A stretch of DNA of 64,000 nucleotides from Auanema rhodensis (Eukaryota > Animalia > Nematoda). This document shows positions 28,058-40,646 of this stretch, in pieces. The position numbers were made by a program, and so were the translations under genes. The stretch lies in the NCBI GenBank assembly GCA_964057225.1, contig OZ059897.1, positions 5,890,001-5,954,000 of the forward strand, in the 5' to 3' direction. Under the pieces are notes generated by a model. It had not been told where the DNA came from. It searched no databases and worked only from the letters and a program-made list of their open reading frames with translations. How positions within the stretch are numbered: position 1 is the stretch's first letter; each line of letters opens with the position of its first letter.

Positions 28058-29174
28058 CTAGCGTCTGTATCCAGGAGCAGTTCTTGGTGGTGGACAGTGG
28101 TCGCATCCTCCGTGGCTTCCTTGAGCTCCATTTTCTCCTGGGATTCCATCATGTCCTGGGGATCCTGGAACTCCGTTGTCTCCGGCATCTCCAGCTGGTC
28201 CTTGTTCTCCGTCAAGTCCTGGTTGTCCACAAAGTCCCTTCTCTCCGGCTGGTCCTGGTGGTCCTGGTGGTCCTGGTGGTCCGGAACGTCCTGGTGGTCC
28301 TGGAAGAGAGATGACCTCTCCGTCTGGTCCTGGAGCTCCATTGTCTCCTGGAAGTCCATCTTCTCCTTGTGGTCCGATTGGTCCGTTTGGTCCTGGGAGT
28401 CCTTGAACTCCTGGAAGTCCTGGCTCTCCGTCCATTCCTGGCTTTCCGTTTGGTCCCTTTGGTCCTGGAGCTCCTGGTGGTCCAGCTGGGGCGTCTGGGC
28501 AGGTGAAGCATGGCTCGACTTCGATTTCCTTAGAATCATCTTCAGAATCAGCTCCTGGGCGTCCTGGGTTTCCTGGGTTTCCGTCTCTTCCTGGAAGTCC
28601 ATCAACTCCTGGAAGTCCAGCAATTCCTGGAGCTCCAGTTCCGCAAGAGCAGCATTGAGCTTGACGAGAGCGACGAGTACTCTTTGCAACACGGTGGCTG
28701 AGTCCAACTGCAAAAGTATAGTTAGTGAATCAAAGAAGAAAATAAAGTTTAAAAGGAATGTATGAAAACATACAGTGTTTGCTATGAACGGAACGCTTGT
28801 CAAGGATCTTTGCTTGTTGTCCTTTGGCTTCAGCTACGATTTCATATTGCTTATGAAGTCCTTCGGAGCGATGAACGCAGAATTCAACCTATAAAATGAA
28901 AATTTGTTAGAAAATTCACTTTATCTGAACTAAACCTCGGATTGGAGTTGGGATTGAACATGTTGCATATAGTTGTAAAGAGATGGAACAGCAACAATAG
29001 CTATCAAAGTAGCTACAATACTGAAACAAGAAAATTGAATATTGAATTGAATAGTAAAAACAAATCAGAAGAGAAAATGATTCAGAACTAATAGTACCTG
29101 ACGGTTACTCCAATGACGGCAGTGCGTCTGAGATTTTCGGCTTCCCGAAGAAGTTGCTGATCCTTAGAAGACAT
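28058..29174 (-). CDS. Nematode cuticle collagen, 308 aa, 4 exons (29174-29098, 29020-28936, 28888-28774, 28707-28058)
   Basis: GT-AG introns of 77, 47 and 66 nt give a continuous frame: [58 protein letters not shown] (Col_cuticle_N with TM segment), RRSR furin-type site, CCSCG, Gly-X-Y blocks interrupted by CFTC, and C-terminal [21 protein letters not shown] on minus at 28001-28006. Confidence 0.97.
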
Positions 29175-29214
29175 AGCTGATGCTACCTGTACAGTTGCAA
29201 TATTCAAGCCAACC

Positions 29215-29221
29215 TTATATA
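29215..29221 (-). promoter_or_regulatory. TATA box of the collagen gene
   Basis: TATATAA about 40 nt upstream of the ATG. GATA sites (TGATAG, TGATAA) lie within about 100 nt further upstream. Confidence 0.7.
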
Positions 29222-30780
29222 GAAATGGTTAGGTGAAACGGTTCCAGCAGCCTACTTCAGTTAGGTGATAGCCAAAAAAGCTTCGTCAGTCTCTTGCACG
29301 TACAACATATGTTGATAAAAACGAACAAAAACTCTTCCTGATTCTGTTTGCTTCAGTGTATTCGCGTGGTATTTGCGTCGATATATTAAGATTTTGGGCA
29401 TTTTCTAACATTCGTACGAACGCTTTTACGTTTCATAATAATTATTGGAATGTTTTTTCTCTCTATCTCTCTCTCTCTGTATCATTTTCTCTTTCCCTCT
29501 TAAGATTATCATTCTTTTTTTAAAAACTCAAATCATGTTTTTCCATATCTGTAGTACTACAAATTTCAAAAAAAAAAAGGAAGTCTTTGCACAATTATAC
29601 AAATTCAACCTTTTTATGCTGAATGCACGAAGAGTGCTGTTTGCATACTAGTAGAATTTTCTATGAAAAGCAAGGCTTTTTCAGCTTTTTTCTGGGTAAT
29701 TTTCGAGTAGATCATACCTTTTGTGAACCTGATTCATCTAGCACTTTGTCTTAGTAGAAAAAAAAAAAGATTCAACCGTACGAAATAGGAAGTAGAAAAT
29801 TATTTAATAAAAAAAAAAGTTTTATAAGAAAACTCGTTATCATATAAATAAGTTATATAAAGTTGAAACAGTACAATATGCTATCATTACTATTCAATGG
29901 TTTTTAAATAAAATAAAAGTTTTTATTTCAATCTAATTGACGACATGAAAATCATTTTTGCCGTATATAAATTCACACAACAACAAGTGTGAACTTCAGT
30001 TTAGCCAACTTGTGAGTTACTACCAGCCTATCTATCATCAAGTAATATTGTCTTTAATTATATTTTCATTATATTTTAACTATTCGTTTATAATATTATA
30101 TTATTTCCAAGTTTTTTTAATATTATTTTCAGATTTTTATTAATTTGAATATTCTTCATTTAACAACAAAAAATAACTTTTATTAAATTTTATATCATCA
30201 TCATGGCTATAAACATGGCAATATTCTAGAATAATTCATTAAAATAGAGATCATATTAGATGAGCATGAGCAAAATCCTTTGAAAGAAACTGAAATAAAT
30301 GATAAATTATGAGAAAAAATATTATTTCTATTACCTTATATTCAATATATATTCATGAATTATGAACAATGTAAACACAGGTGTATACATATAATTACAG
30401 ATTTTCTAAAAAAAAATTAAAATAATTTCAGTAAAATCTAAATAAATTTTTGAAAAAAAATATAATATTGTTAATTATATGTTTATTATTATTATGTTTT
30501 ATCTTTTTATATTTAATTTAAAGAAAATGAACAAACCAGTTTCTGGTATTTCATTCAAATTTACAGCTTGTGGGATGATGAATGATCTGATTATAAATAA
30601 TGTTATAATCGGTATTAAAGCTGCTGAAGATTGAAGTTCATATAGTATATAGAATAGAAGTTCCATCTCTATAAGATTAAAATTATATTTTGGAAAACTA
30701 TAAAATCTATCAGTTTTTTTTTTTCAAAACGAAGAACAGAAAACCACAAAATTATAAGAGGATTATGCTAAATAAACGAG

Positions 30781-30783
<3 letters not shown>

Positions 30784-30873
<90 letters not shown>
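30784..30873. repeat. (AG)n microsatellite, longest in the window
   Basis: About 45 units with one interruption near 30819. Confidence 0.95.
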
Positions 30874-30876
<3 letters not shown>

Positions 30877-33800
30877 TGAGATGAAGTGATCTTTTCTCTT
30901 TGAATTATATATTTGATTTATATTTAATATAAATTTTATTATAAAAATTAATATTTGGAAATATATAATTATACAGAAATTTTTGATTTAAAAAAAAGTG
31001 AAAAATCAAATTAATAAAGAAAAAAAAGGATTCTCGTAAAGTAAAAAGGTAATGAGTAAATATAAAAGAGTGCGAATGTATTTACAAATAAATTTAATTT
31101 CAAATAAATCAAAAACTTCAGAAAACAACTAATTATTCTTAAACTTCATTGTAAATAAATTGAAAAACAGCTGTTGTTTATTTAAAAATTTGAAGGAAAA
31201 AATCTAAAAAAATTTAAAATTTTTTTTTGAAAATGATCTTATCTTTCTGAAATCGTACTGTTGTTTTACCTTAATTCGTTTTCCCCTTTACAACTTGCTT
31301 CAGCTAGTCTTCTACTTCCAGTTTTACCTGTTTGTTGTCTTTAATCTTTAACTAGCTTTATGTTTTCATTGAATAACTTTCAATATTTTTATTTCAACCT
31401 TAACCTTAACTTTCACCCCCAGCCCCCCCCCCCTTTTTCTTTTTCTCTCACTTATCATTATTTCAAGGACTTTCGCAAATGTTTCTTCATGTGAGAAAGT
31501 GGGGGTGGATGAGAGTTAGAGGCGAAAGACTATTAGTATTTCATAGAAATTAATAAAAAAATACTTTCAAGTATATAAGCCTATCACTATTTTGAATAAT
31601 AATTATCAAATATAATTCTCTCAATATCATAATTTCTCCCACGCTAGTTAACTGACAGGATAAAATATTTGATTTCTATCTACATACATATAATACTTAG
31701 ATAGTATTAGAGGTATTATATATATATTTTGTACTTAAATTGTAGCTTTCAAGAAAAATAAATAGATTATATACATATAGTTATAAAAACTTAATATGAT
31801 GTATGATAAATATAATATGTTTTCTTCATCATAAATTATATTTTTATTTATTAAATATCATCATCATCATCATTATATTCTACCTGTATAGTATATCTTA
31901 TATACTTATATGTTTAAATATAAATTGAATTCATATTGAGTATATATAATACTTTTAAATCCTAAAAGTATTATCATATATTATATGATCTTGAATATAT
32001 ATAAATACAGAATATAATATATAAATAACATCTATTCTTAGAAATCTTCTGAATACAATGAAAGTATCAGTACTGTGACATGACACGATTCAATTAAATT
32101 GCAAGAGATAAGTGGATTGAGATAAGTAGCTCTCGAATTGCACATTATGCAATTTGATAAAAGTTTAAAAGTTTCAATAATAGAACAATGGTTAATACAG
32201 TTTTGGCTCATACACTCTAAATCCTTGTAAATTTGTGGTGGAATGCAAAAAATAGAAATAGAAATGTGATAAGCTTTGCCAAGGACGAGCACGCTGTGAG
32301 GAACTTTGAATGCAAGAGCGTTGACTAAAGCTTCAAAATAGACTGTTTGTGAAAAGGTATTGAAAGAAGAAAAGCATAAAACGGCTTAATTTCACAAAAC
32401 GTATGAATAGAATAGTTACGATGTGAATATTAATTATTAATTAAAAGAAAAAAAAACTTTTTTTTGGTCATCAGATGAGACAAAGAAAAGATGTTTATAA
32501 ACATTGATTTGAATCAAAAACATTCTTTAAAAGAACAACAAGTTACAGTTCTAGTAAAGAAAGTTATTGATGTGAAATCGTTGATGTGAATATGATTCTC
32601 AATGAATCGATGATGGCAGATGCGACAGGGCAAGCATATGAGAGAATACAATGCAATGATTTTTGAATGAGACTGGTGTTCTATTTGGAAAAGAAGAGAG
32701 GGAAGAAGAACGAGTGATAGAGAGAAAAAGAGAAAGATGAGTTTAAAAAAAAGAGAATCATGAGGTACGTATTTGAAGAGGCGAAAGAGAATACATATAG
32801 TAAAATATATAATATGAGAACCCATCACTTTCACTAATTTTTGTTTTGTTTGAAAGCAAAAGTTTAAACTTATATTATTATATAATATACATTTTAATAG
32901 TTAATATATTAATATATATATTAGTTTAAAAATGAAAATCATAGACTGTTAAACAGATGAAACGAATGTTGAACTACGGATTCGAAAAAAAACGCTCAAC
33001 ACCTACATCTTTCAAGTAACAAAACAAAAGACAAAAAAGAACATTAATATGTATTTGAATTTAAAAAAAAAGAAGAAGGCAATAGTACAATAATCTGATG
33101 AAAGTTATATGTTCTGTGCATAGTCGAAAAGGTATAGGAAAAACATGAAGATGGACAAAAGTGAAAAGATGTAATTCTCGATGGCACATGGGGGTCGACA
33201 TCGAATACTGCTGATCGACCTTGTCACCTTCCACTTTTTTTCATCGTCAAATGACAGCGAGAAATGGAAGAAAGGAGAAGCGAACACGAGAAATGAAACG
33301 AAAGAAAGAGAGAGATAGGGAAAGAGAGAGAGAGGGAGAAGGGAGAAAACGATAGAATAATATACAGAAACATGAAGCAAAGAAAAACGAAAAGAAAGCT
33401 AATGAGACAAAAACCTGACAGAGAGTAAAGTGAGAGAGACACTGCTGTCATTTATAGGAAATTGAGAGATGGCAGATGATGTAGAGGTGAAGTCAGAAAT
33501 AAAAGTGCGTAAACGACTAAAAAAAACTGCGACGAGGTCGTGTCGACGGCAGATTGCATACAAACATCTGAAAACCGGAACACTAGCTTCTGCTTCTTCT
33601 GCTTCTTCTCATTGACTAGACTGTTGTCTGAAGTTTTCTTCAAGCTTTAAGAGGTTGAAAAGACGAGAGCGACAGCATTCAGCTTTTTATCTGTATGATT
33701 GCGTGATGTTGCTTAAAGTTAGAATAATCATACGATGTGAACGAAAACCTTTTTTTCATAATTTCAATACAGAACTATACAAATAGTTTAATGTAAAATC

Positions 33801-34138
33801 AAGCTTCATACGTTCAAAACTAGAGAAAATGACAAAAGTCCATTAAAAAGAGTTTAAAGGTGAAAGTAAAATATCTTTATATGAAGCTGAAAACAGACGT
33901 TATTATGAGTTTTACGTCTAGTTCATCCATTATATCCTAAAACTATCCTGTTTTATAATCCTAAGCAAATCTTAATAGTTTCAAAAAGCTGTTTTTAAGA
34001 CTAAAATTTAGGGGTCAATCAAATATCTTTTCTTTTGAAAAAAAAAAACATGGAAAATAATGCTCTATTAACTGGTTAAATAGAATCTGAGGAAAAAACA
34101 AGTTGAAAACTTCATTGTTTATTCAAAACAAAGGTCAT

Positions 34139-34306
34139 TTCACGTGAAAGTTCACGTAAACGCCAAAGACATTTTGCTGCACTTGCCGATTCACGTGAAA
34201 GTTCACGTAAACGCCAAAGACATTTTGCTGCACTTGCCGATTCACGTGAAAGTTCACGTAAACGCTGAAGACAGTTCGTTGCACTAACCGATTCGCGTGA
34301 AAATTT
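34139..34306. repeat. 51-bp minisatellite, about 3.3 copies, with palindromic TTCACGTGAA core
   Basis: Unit TTCACGTGAAAGTTCACGTAAACGCCAAAGACATTTTGCTGCACTTGCCGA at 34139 and 34190 (identical), 34241 (diverged) and 34292 (partial). Confidence 0.92.
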
Positions 34307-35077
34307 AGGTGAAGCAAGATGATTACTGTATATCTTATATGAAGTTTTTGAATTTAATGATTCAAATATAATTATAAATTACATATAATTTGGAATAAAC
34401 ATAGATATAATATATATTTTTCTTTTTTTCATTCCCCATTTCAGAATATCTGAAATTTTTAAAAACAACTACTAATCTTAAAATCCTCATAAGATTAGTA
34501 TCAGATAATTTAATAGGATGATAAAGTTTCTATTGAGATTTATTGCAAGTTGTTGATCTTTTTATTTTAACTATCCAAATTATATATCTTATATCATTAT
34601 ATATTAATAATATATATTATATATTGTTGTCAAATTATCTGTTTATCCCTAATTAATTATCATTTCTTTTTGCAAAAAAAAAGAAAAATTATTAATAAGA
34701 TGGTATGGAAAACAATAGATAGATTAGATATTCAATATGCTTCATGAACGAAACATATTTTTTTATAATTTCAACACAAATATCATTTGATTTCTTTGAA
34801 AATTAAGCAAAGAATATTTTTCATAATAACTTCTTATTATTTTTTTTTCTTCTTTAATCTCTTCACACCATTTTTTATAGCTAAAACAATATATATATAT
34901 AGTATATAATATGTATTTTATACATAAATGTATTTATGTATATATTCTAAATTGTGCAAAGTTTTGTCCAAGTTTTTGTTTAAATTCATGCTTATATTCT
35001 TATAATTTATCTTATCTTTATGTATATAATTAGTTATTTATAAATAAAATTATAATAATAGTTATTATATATTTTAA

Positions 35078-35203
35078 CTACAAAAAAAAAGTTTGAAATG
35101 TGTGAATTGTGGAATAGTAGTCGAAGGCCATGTTGTATGGATTTTGTATGTGAATTTTGATTTCAGAACAAGAAGCATCTAGATCTTTCACCTTTTCATT
35201 CAT
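35078..35203 (-). CDS. Candidate 41-aa small ORF
   Basis: MNEKVKDLDASCSEIKIHIQNPYNMAFDYYSTIHTFQTFFL*. This is the first ATG downstream of a perfect TTTTCAG acceptor (exon start 35287), in a locally less AT-rich island. Confidence 0.35.
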   Translation of the reverse strand: MNEKVKDLDASCSEIKIHIQNPYNMAFDYYSTIHTFQTFFL

Positions 35204-38200
35204 GTTGATTAAAACAGATCAAGCTTTGATTAATGATTAATTTCTGATGAAAATTAAGTTTCAGTAGTTAGATAGATTAGGAAATCCCTGAAAATAAAAA
35301 AAATTAAACTAAATATTATATAGAACAAATAATTAATTTAAAGATTTGTATGAATAGATAGATATTGCTTCAAAGTTTTCCGAAAACAACAGCTTTTACA
35401 ATCTAATTGTATAGAATTGCAAATACAGAATCTAATTGAGTATAATAATATTAAAAAAAAAATAAATTATTAGAAATATGAATTATAGTTAACGATTATG
35501 CGGTTAATTTAATGTTCAATTTAATCTCATAAATAACATAGATTTTATAAAAGAAAACTGAACTGTTCTACTACCAAAACTTCAAACGTTGCTTCATGTT
35601 TTAAGTAGGAAGTTTAAATCAAGAAATGAGATTTCAATGTTTATTGATGTTATAAGTGATACAGGGAAAAACTTTTAATTCAGTTAAATATATTAACTAT
35701 TCGGAAAAAATAAATCTTAATCCGTCTTTTTTGAATTTCAAAATAGAGGAAGTTTGGGGCTATGTTCTAATATGCTAATCTAAACTATATGTCTAAGTAT
35801 GGTGATCAAAGATTGAAAAACTTTAAATCTTGTTTGAAAATAATTTAAAATCAAATTGTTCATCAGACATTGAAATTAAAAAAATCAGATCATATCAAGG
35901 CTTCGACATAATTTGCTAAAAGTCAGGTAAGCTTATCTGGTTGATCAGATTATTGAAATTAATTATTTTTCAAACTTTTGATTAAAGATTTGATCCAGAA
36001 AGCATTGAAATCAAACTCTATACTCAATATGTATGTATAATAATTATAAAAATAATAAATGAAATTATATTAAATACATTAAACTAATGAATAATACTAA
36101 TTTCAAATATTGAAGTTCAATTTTTTAATCAGAAATCATATATTCTCATATGTAATTTTGATTTCCAATCACTATACATACATATCTAAATGATTTACAT
36201 GATAACCAGGTTTATGAATAATGATTCATAACGAAAATTTTTTTTAGAAAAGATAATAACATTGTGCAATAACTTCATAAATTTTCTTTTATTATGTCAG
36301 TATGGTCTAGGTTACACACCCTAATACTGTCATAGGTTGTTGTTATCATTAATTTTATTGAAAACGAATAGTTTTTGATAAAATCTTGTATTATTTTCAT
36401 TTATAATACATATTAATATGTTTCAAAGTTCATATATTAATTGGAATTACATGACAATTATGAAGATTTCTCCTTTTTTTCATTTTTTTGTCTCTTTCAC
36501 TATAAACTATTCATTTTTTCATTTTATTTGCTATTATTTCATATTTTGTAGATGAGAAATAAGAAATTGTGTATATTATGTGCTTATATGTACTTTTTTT
36601 AACAAAAAAAAATAATTCAAAGTCATATATGTATGTATGTATGTATCGTTCCCCGGTTTCGTCGTCCTTCTATTTGTGGGAAAATGTGAAAAAAAATTAA
36701 AAAAAAAAAAGCTTAATGCCTCATATTCGTACAATAAACAACCTTTTTCAACTTTTTTTTTATTTCGTTGACATTTACTACTAAATAAGGGCAAGAATGA
36801 GTGGGTAGGATGTGACTTCAGTAATTGCAGAAGAAATAGAATAAGCTGTAAGCTGGAACATGCGTGTGTGTGTGTGTGTGTGTGAACATCAAAGATCCTT
36901 TATTGTAAATCAGTCAACCTTGTTGTTATCGTTACTCATTCATGTTTTTTTTTGAAAAATACAAATATATATCTATATATAATATTATTTAAAAATAGAA
37001 ACATTCATTTAATAAATGAATAAATATTATTATTTTCTTCTCCAACATTTTGATCTTAATTTTAAAAAATATAATGAAAACGTTTGTCAGAGGATAATAC
37101 TTAATCAGAGTATAAGATGAAAGAAAAGCTTGAAAAAACAATATATAAACATTAAAAATTTTGTATTTCACTTCAGCCATAGTTCTACATAAGAAGATGG
37201 GCTTTTCTGATTTTTCTTTCAGACGTCAGCAACTATCAATGCTTCAGAAGCAGTATATTGAGTAACCAAAATCGGGTTAACGACTGTTTTGGATACACAC
37301 CGGATACAAGATATCTGACGATCATCAGTTTTTCCTTTTTATCTTTATTATATAAATACATATACATATATGTTTGTTTGTGATATATACATAAACAATT
37401 ATTGAAAAACATCTGATAAAATAAACTTTTTTTGGATTTCCAGATCAGTATCTATACTTTTCGTATGATTATCTATCAAATACATATTTTTACATAGTTG
37501 TATACTATATGTATGTATGTGTAATAGATCAAAACAATGTTCTATGAATATATGAATATACATACACATAGTATGTTTTGAAATTAATTTTCACAGTACG
37601 ATCAAGTAAGTAAGTAAGATATGAAAAGGTTGTTCCTGTTTCGAGTGGGAAGGCTATTATGCCCTTCAGATCTATGTATATTCGTGGGATTAAAAACATA
37701 TTCTTTCAATATATGTTAAATAATCTACTTGAATTTTGATATATATCTCTATCTATATATGTATACATATAAATCTATATAATAAGATAAAAAAAATCAA
37801 AGAATTAGAAATATTTATTTAGAATTATAAATGTTATATGATGTTACATGATATACAGAAGTATTATACTATATAAATATATAGTTTATTATATATAATT
37901 AGTCATTATAATTACAAAATTTATAATTTAAAATGTTTATTAATTGTTATGATAACTATATATTGATATAGCATGTACTATGTACGTTTAGTCATCTAGT
38001 TTTGACCCCAATTTTACAGACCGGAAATAAGTGAAAAGGAAGAAACATCTCTAACAATAAAATAGAAAAAAAAAAGGAAATAAAGATGATTGTGATACTA
38101 TAAAAAGATCTCAGAAAATCAAATATAGTTGTCTGATCTATTTCAGAAAATGATTTAATGGTTTAAGAATTGAAAAATACTATGTTTTCAATGTATATAT

Positions 38201-38550
38201 CCATATAAAATATAAAATATATATAAATAATTGTGCGAATATATGATAGTGATTTGATCAATCAAATGAGAAAAATGATAATAAAACTACTTTATTGATA
38301 AAATAATTTATTTTTTGGTAAACACTCATAATTAATAATCATTATATCTTATCATATAAAGAAATAAAAAATAAGCTTAAAACTACTGAATAGAGTGAAG
38401 TTGGATTAGTCATTTGATTATCATTATGATGATAAAAACTCATTTTTTGTGTTTTATATACAATATATAATAGAAATATAAAGAGATTATTATATTTACA
38501 GGTTAGAATCCTTCATATTTTCTTAAACAATAGACATCTTTGCTGTGAGC

Positions 38551-38697
38551 ATGAGCAGAGTTCCACCAACATGTCTGGAATGTATTGAAGAAGACTCTAT
38601 AGATATACCATATATTCCAAGTATTACTAGAGCAGATGTTTTGTTTCTACAAATAGCAACAACAACAAAACAGAATAAATGTCATTCTAAGTTGTAA
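38551..38697 (+). CDS. Candidate 48-aa small protein with an LxxIxE motif and C-terminal SKL
   Basis: MSRVPPTCLECIEEDSIDIPYIPSITRADVLFLQIATTTKQNKCHSKL*. First ATG after the TTTACAG acceptor ending at 38501; ends in canonical PTS1. Confidence 0.5.
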   Translation: MSRVPPTCLECIEEDSIDIPYIPSITRADVLFLQIATTTKQNKCHSKL

Positions 38698-40363
38698 AAA
38701 AACACAAAATAGAAGTTTTTTTATAAATTTTACTTAATGTTAATTAAATAAATGAAAGATTAAAAATTTTGAAAATCTTTTTTTGACGATTTCAAGAAGA
38801 AGAACTATTTTAAAATTTCTTTGATAATAAATAAATAGTAAATAAGTGTACTGTATAGATATAGATTTTTTTCTTTTCGTATGATTATGATCGGTCAACA
38901 ATTCTCATTTTCCGAATAATTTCAAGTCAAAGTGAGAGAAAACCTTGAGAAGATCAAGAAAAAAAAGAAGAAAAAGAGCTTCTTTTCTATTTTATTTTCC
39001 TGAAGAATCAAGTAAATTAATTTTTTTTTATTTTCATTAACAAACGTTTAAGAGAATATAGTATTCGTGGAATATTCAGATCATATAGTATAATATATTC
39101 CTTAATTATTTAATAAAATTAATTATGAGAGTACGAATGATGATTACTTTTACCAAATTTGTAGTTATCTCATTCGAAATTTTAGTTTCCACTTATACAG
39201 AAGTCGGGATGTTATCTGTTTTCAAAGTTTAACAATACAATTTGTTATAAGGGTTATAACTATCACGTAGAAATTCGAAAGAAGCTTCTATCTTTAACAT
39301 CGTTCATCGCACACACACACATCAACTACAGCTTCTAGTTTGAATTATTTCGAACCATTATCATGCGATAATTTTTCGGAAGAAACTTAAGTGTTCAAGC
39401 ATTTTTAAAACTTGAAAGAAAGCATTTATTGCTAAAAATAACTTGTTATATAAATATATATTGATAAATAATATTGTATAGAACTGTTATTTTTTTCAAA
39501 AATTGGTTTAAAAAGGAAAAAAATTGTTTTTTTCTTATCATATATCCTGCAATGTAATAGCTTTTTCAAATTGTTTGATCAGTGTAAAATCATATAATAT
39601 GATGCTAATGACACTTCAATAATCATTTTGCAATCTGTGCATCATTCGACTTCGATGACCATCTTCTTGTCAACGACGTTCTGTCAATCCTCATCGTCAC
39701 TATGATAGCCATCAAAGTGTGAAGATGAATGAATGCAGAAATGTATTTTTGGAATTCAAAACTTGAACAGCATTGTCTTGCCGGAAATAGAATAGGCTGT
39801 ATTTGGATTCGAACTAATAAGTTAATAGAACATGATATAGTTGGAATATGCTGTAGATAGAACACATGCTGTTCAAGAATATGTTATAGAGATATTAATA
39901 AAACTAAATTGATTCAATGAATTTATGAAAGTTCTATATACTTATAATATTTATAATTATTTGTTATCTAATAATACAAATTGTACAAAAAGGAAGAAAA
40001 AAATGTATAATAATCCAATTACAAAGAAATATCTGTATAGAACATATACTATATAATAATAATAATTAATATTATTAAAATCAAAGTTTTAAGTTATTAA
40101 TTTTATGCTTTAAGTTTTAATATTTTACTTTTTCAACTTGTTCTTCTCATTGGCTTACCATTTCGTTTTTTCATAAACATCTTTATCTTCATCCTCTTCG
40201 ACTTCTTCCTATTTTTCTTCTATTATTCTATGCGTCTTGTTGAAGTATTTTGAAAAAGAACTTTATTATAATGAAATGATAAACATATAGATATAGATGA
40301 ATTGATATAGAATATCTAATCTAGAGAATCATAGATACTTCGGCTCACAAGCAATTTATGGAC

Positions 40364-40435
40364 ATTGGAGGCGGAGCATAGGCGGAGTCTTGAGAGCTCC
40401 TTATAAAGGCAAAATTCGCATACATACAGCAGTTC
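40364..40435 (+). promoter_or_regulatory. Core promoter of micropeptide gene P1: ATTGG, two GC boxes, TATA, Inr-like CAGTT
   Basis: GGCGGAG at 40370-40376 and 40381-40387, TATAAA at 40402-40407, CAGTT about 29 nt downstream (A at 40431). No ATG before 40539. Confidence 0.75.
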
Positions 40436-40538
40436 ATTAAAGCTTTCGTTCAACTATATTACAGTCAAGTGTATTGTTCACTTAACTCTCTAATATTTAC
40501 GCGATTATACTATCACCATCATCTGAATTACATTCACT

Positions 40539-40646
40539 ATGGTACATATCTCTTGGTCAACTGATGCTGATCTTCAAACTCGACCAGTTCGATTTGCTCG
40601 ATTGGCAGTTCGAACATCTGCTCAACTAGCTCAATTCTCTAACTAA
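40539..40646 (+). CDS. Micropeptide P1 (35 aa), MVHI-STxADLQ family
   Basis: MVHISWSTDADLQTRPVRFARLAVRTSAQLAQFSN*. First ATG after the TATA promoter, actATGG context. 12/13 N-terminal residues identical to P2, with 8 of those 12 codons differing synonymously. Confidence 0.85.
   Translation: MVHISWSTDADLQTRPVRFARLAVRTSAQLAQFSN

Noticed and set aside
27934-28803. Long alternative-frame and antisense ORFs over the collagen (289 aa minus, 248 aa plus, and others)
   Set aside because: By-products of GGA/CCA codon bias in Gly-X-Y repeats; the spliced collagen frame explains the region.
30690-30884. ORFs with RERERE or SLSLSL runs (also at 50660, 1357, 13352, 20547 and elsewhere)
   Set aside because: Open only because (AG)n/(CT)n microsatellites lack stop codons.
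34135-34317. 60-aa ORF with 17-aa repeats; also considered as a CRISPR-like array
   Set aside because: Plain head-to-tail 51-bp tandem repeat with no unique spacers, in eukaryotic DNA.
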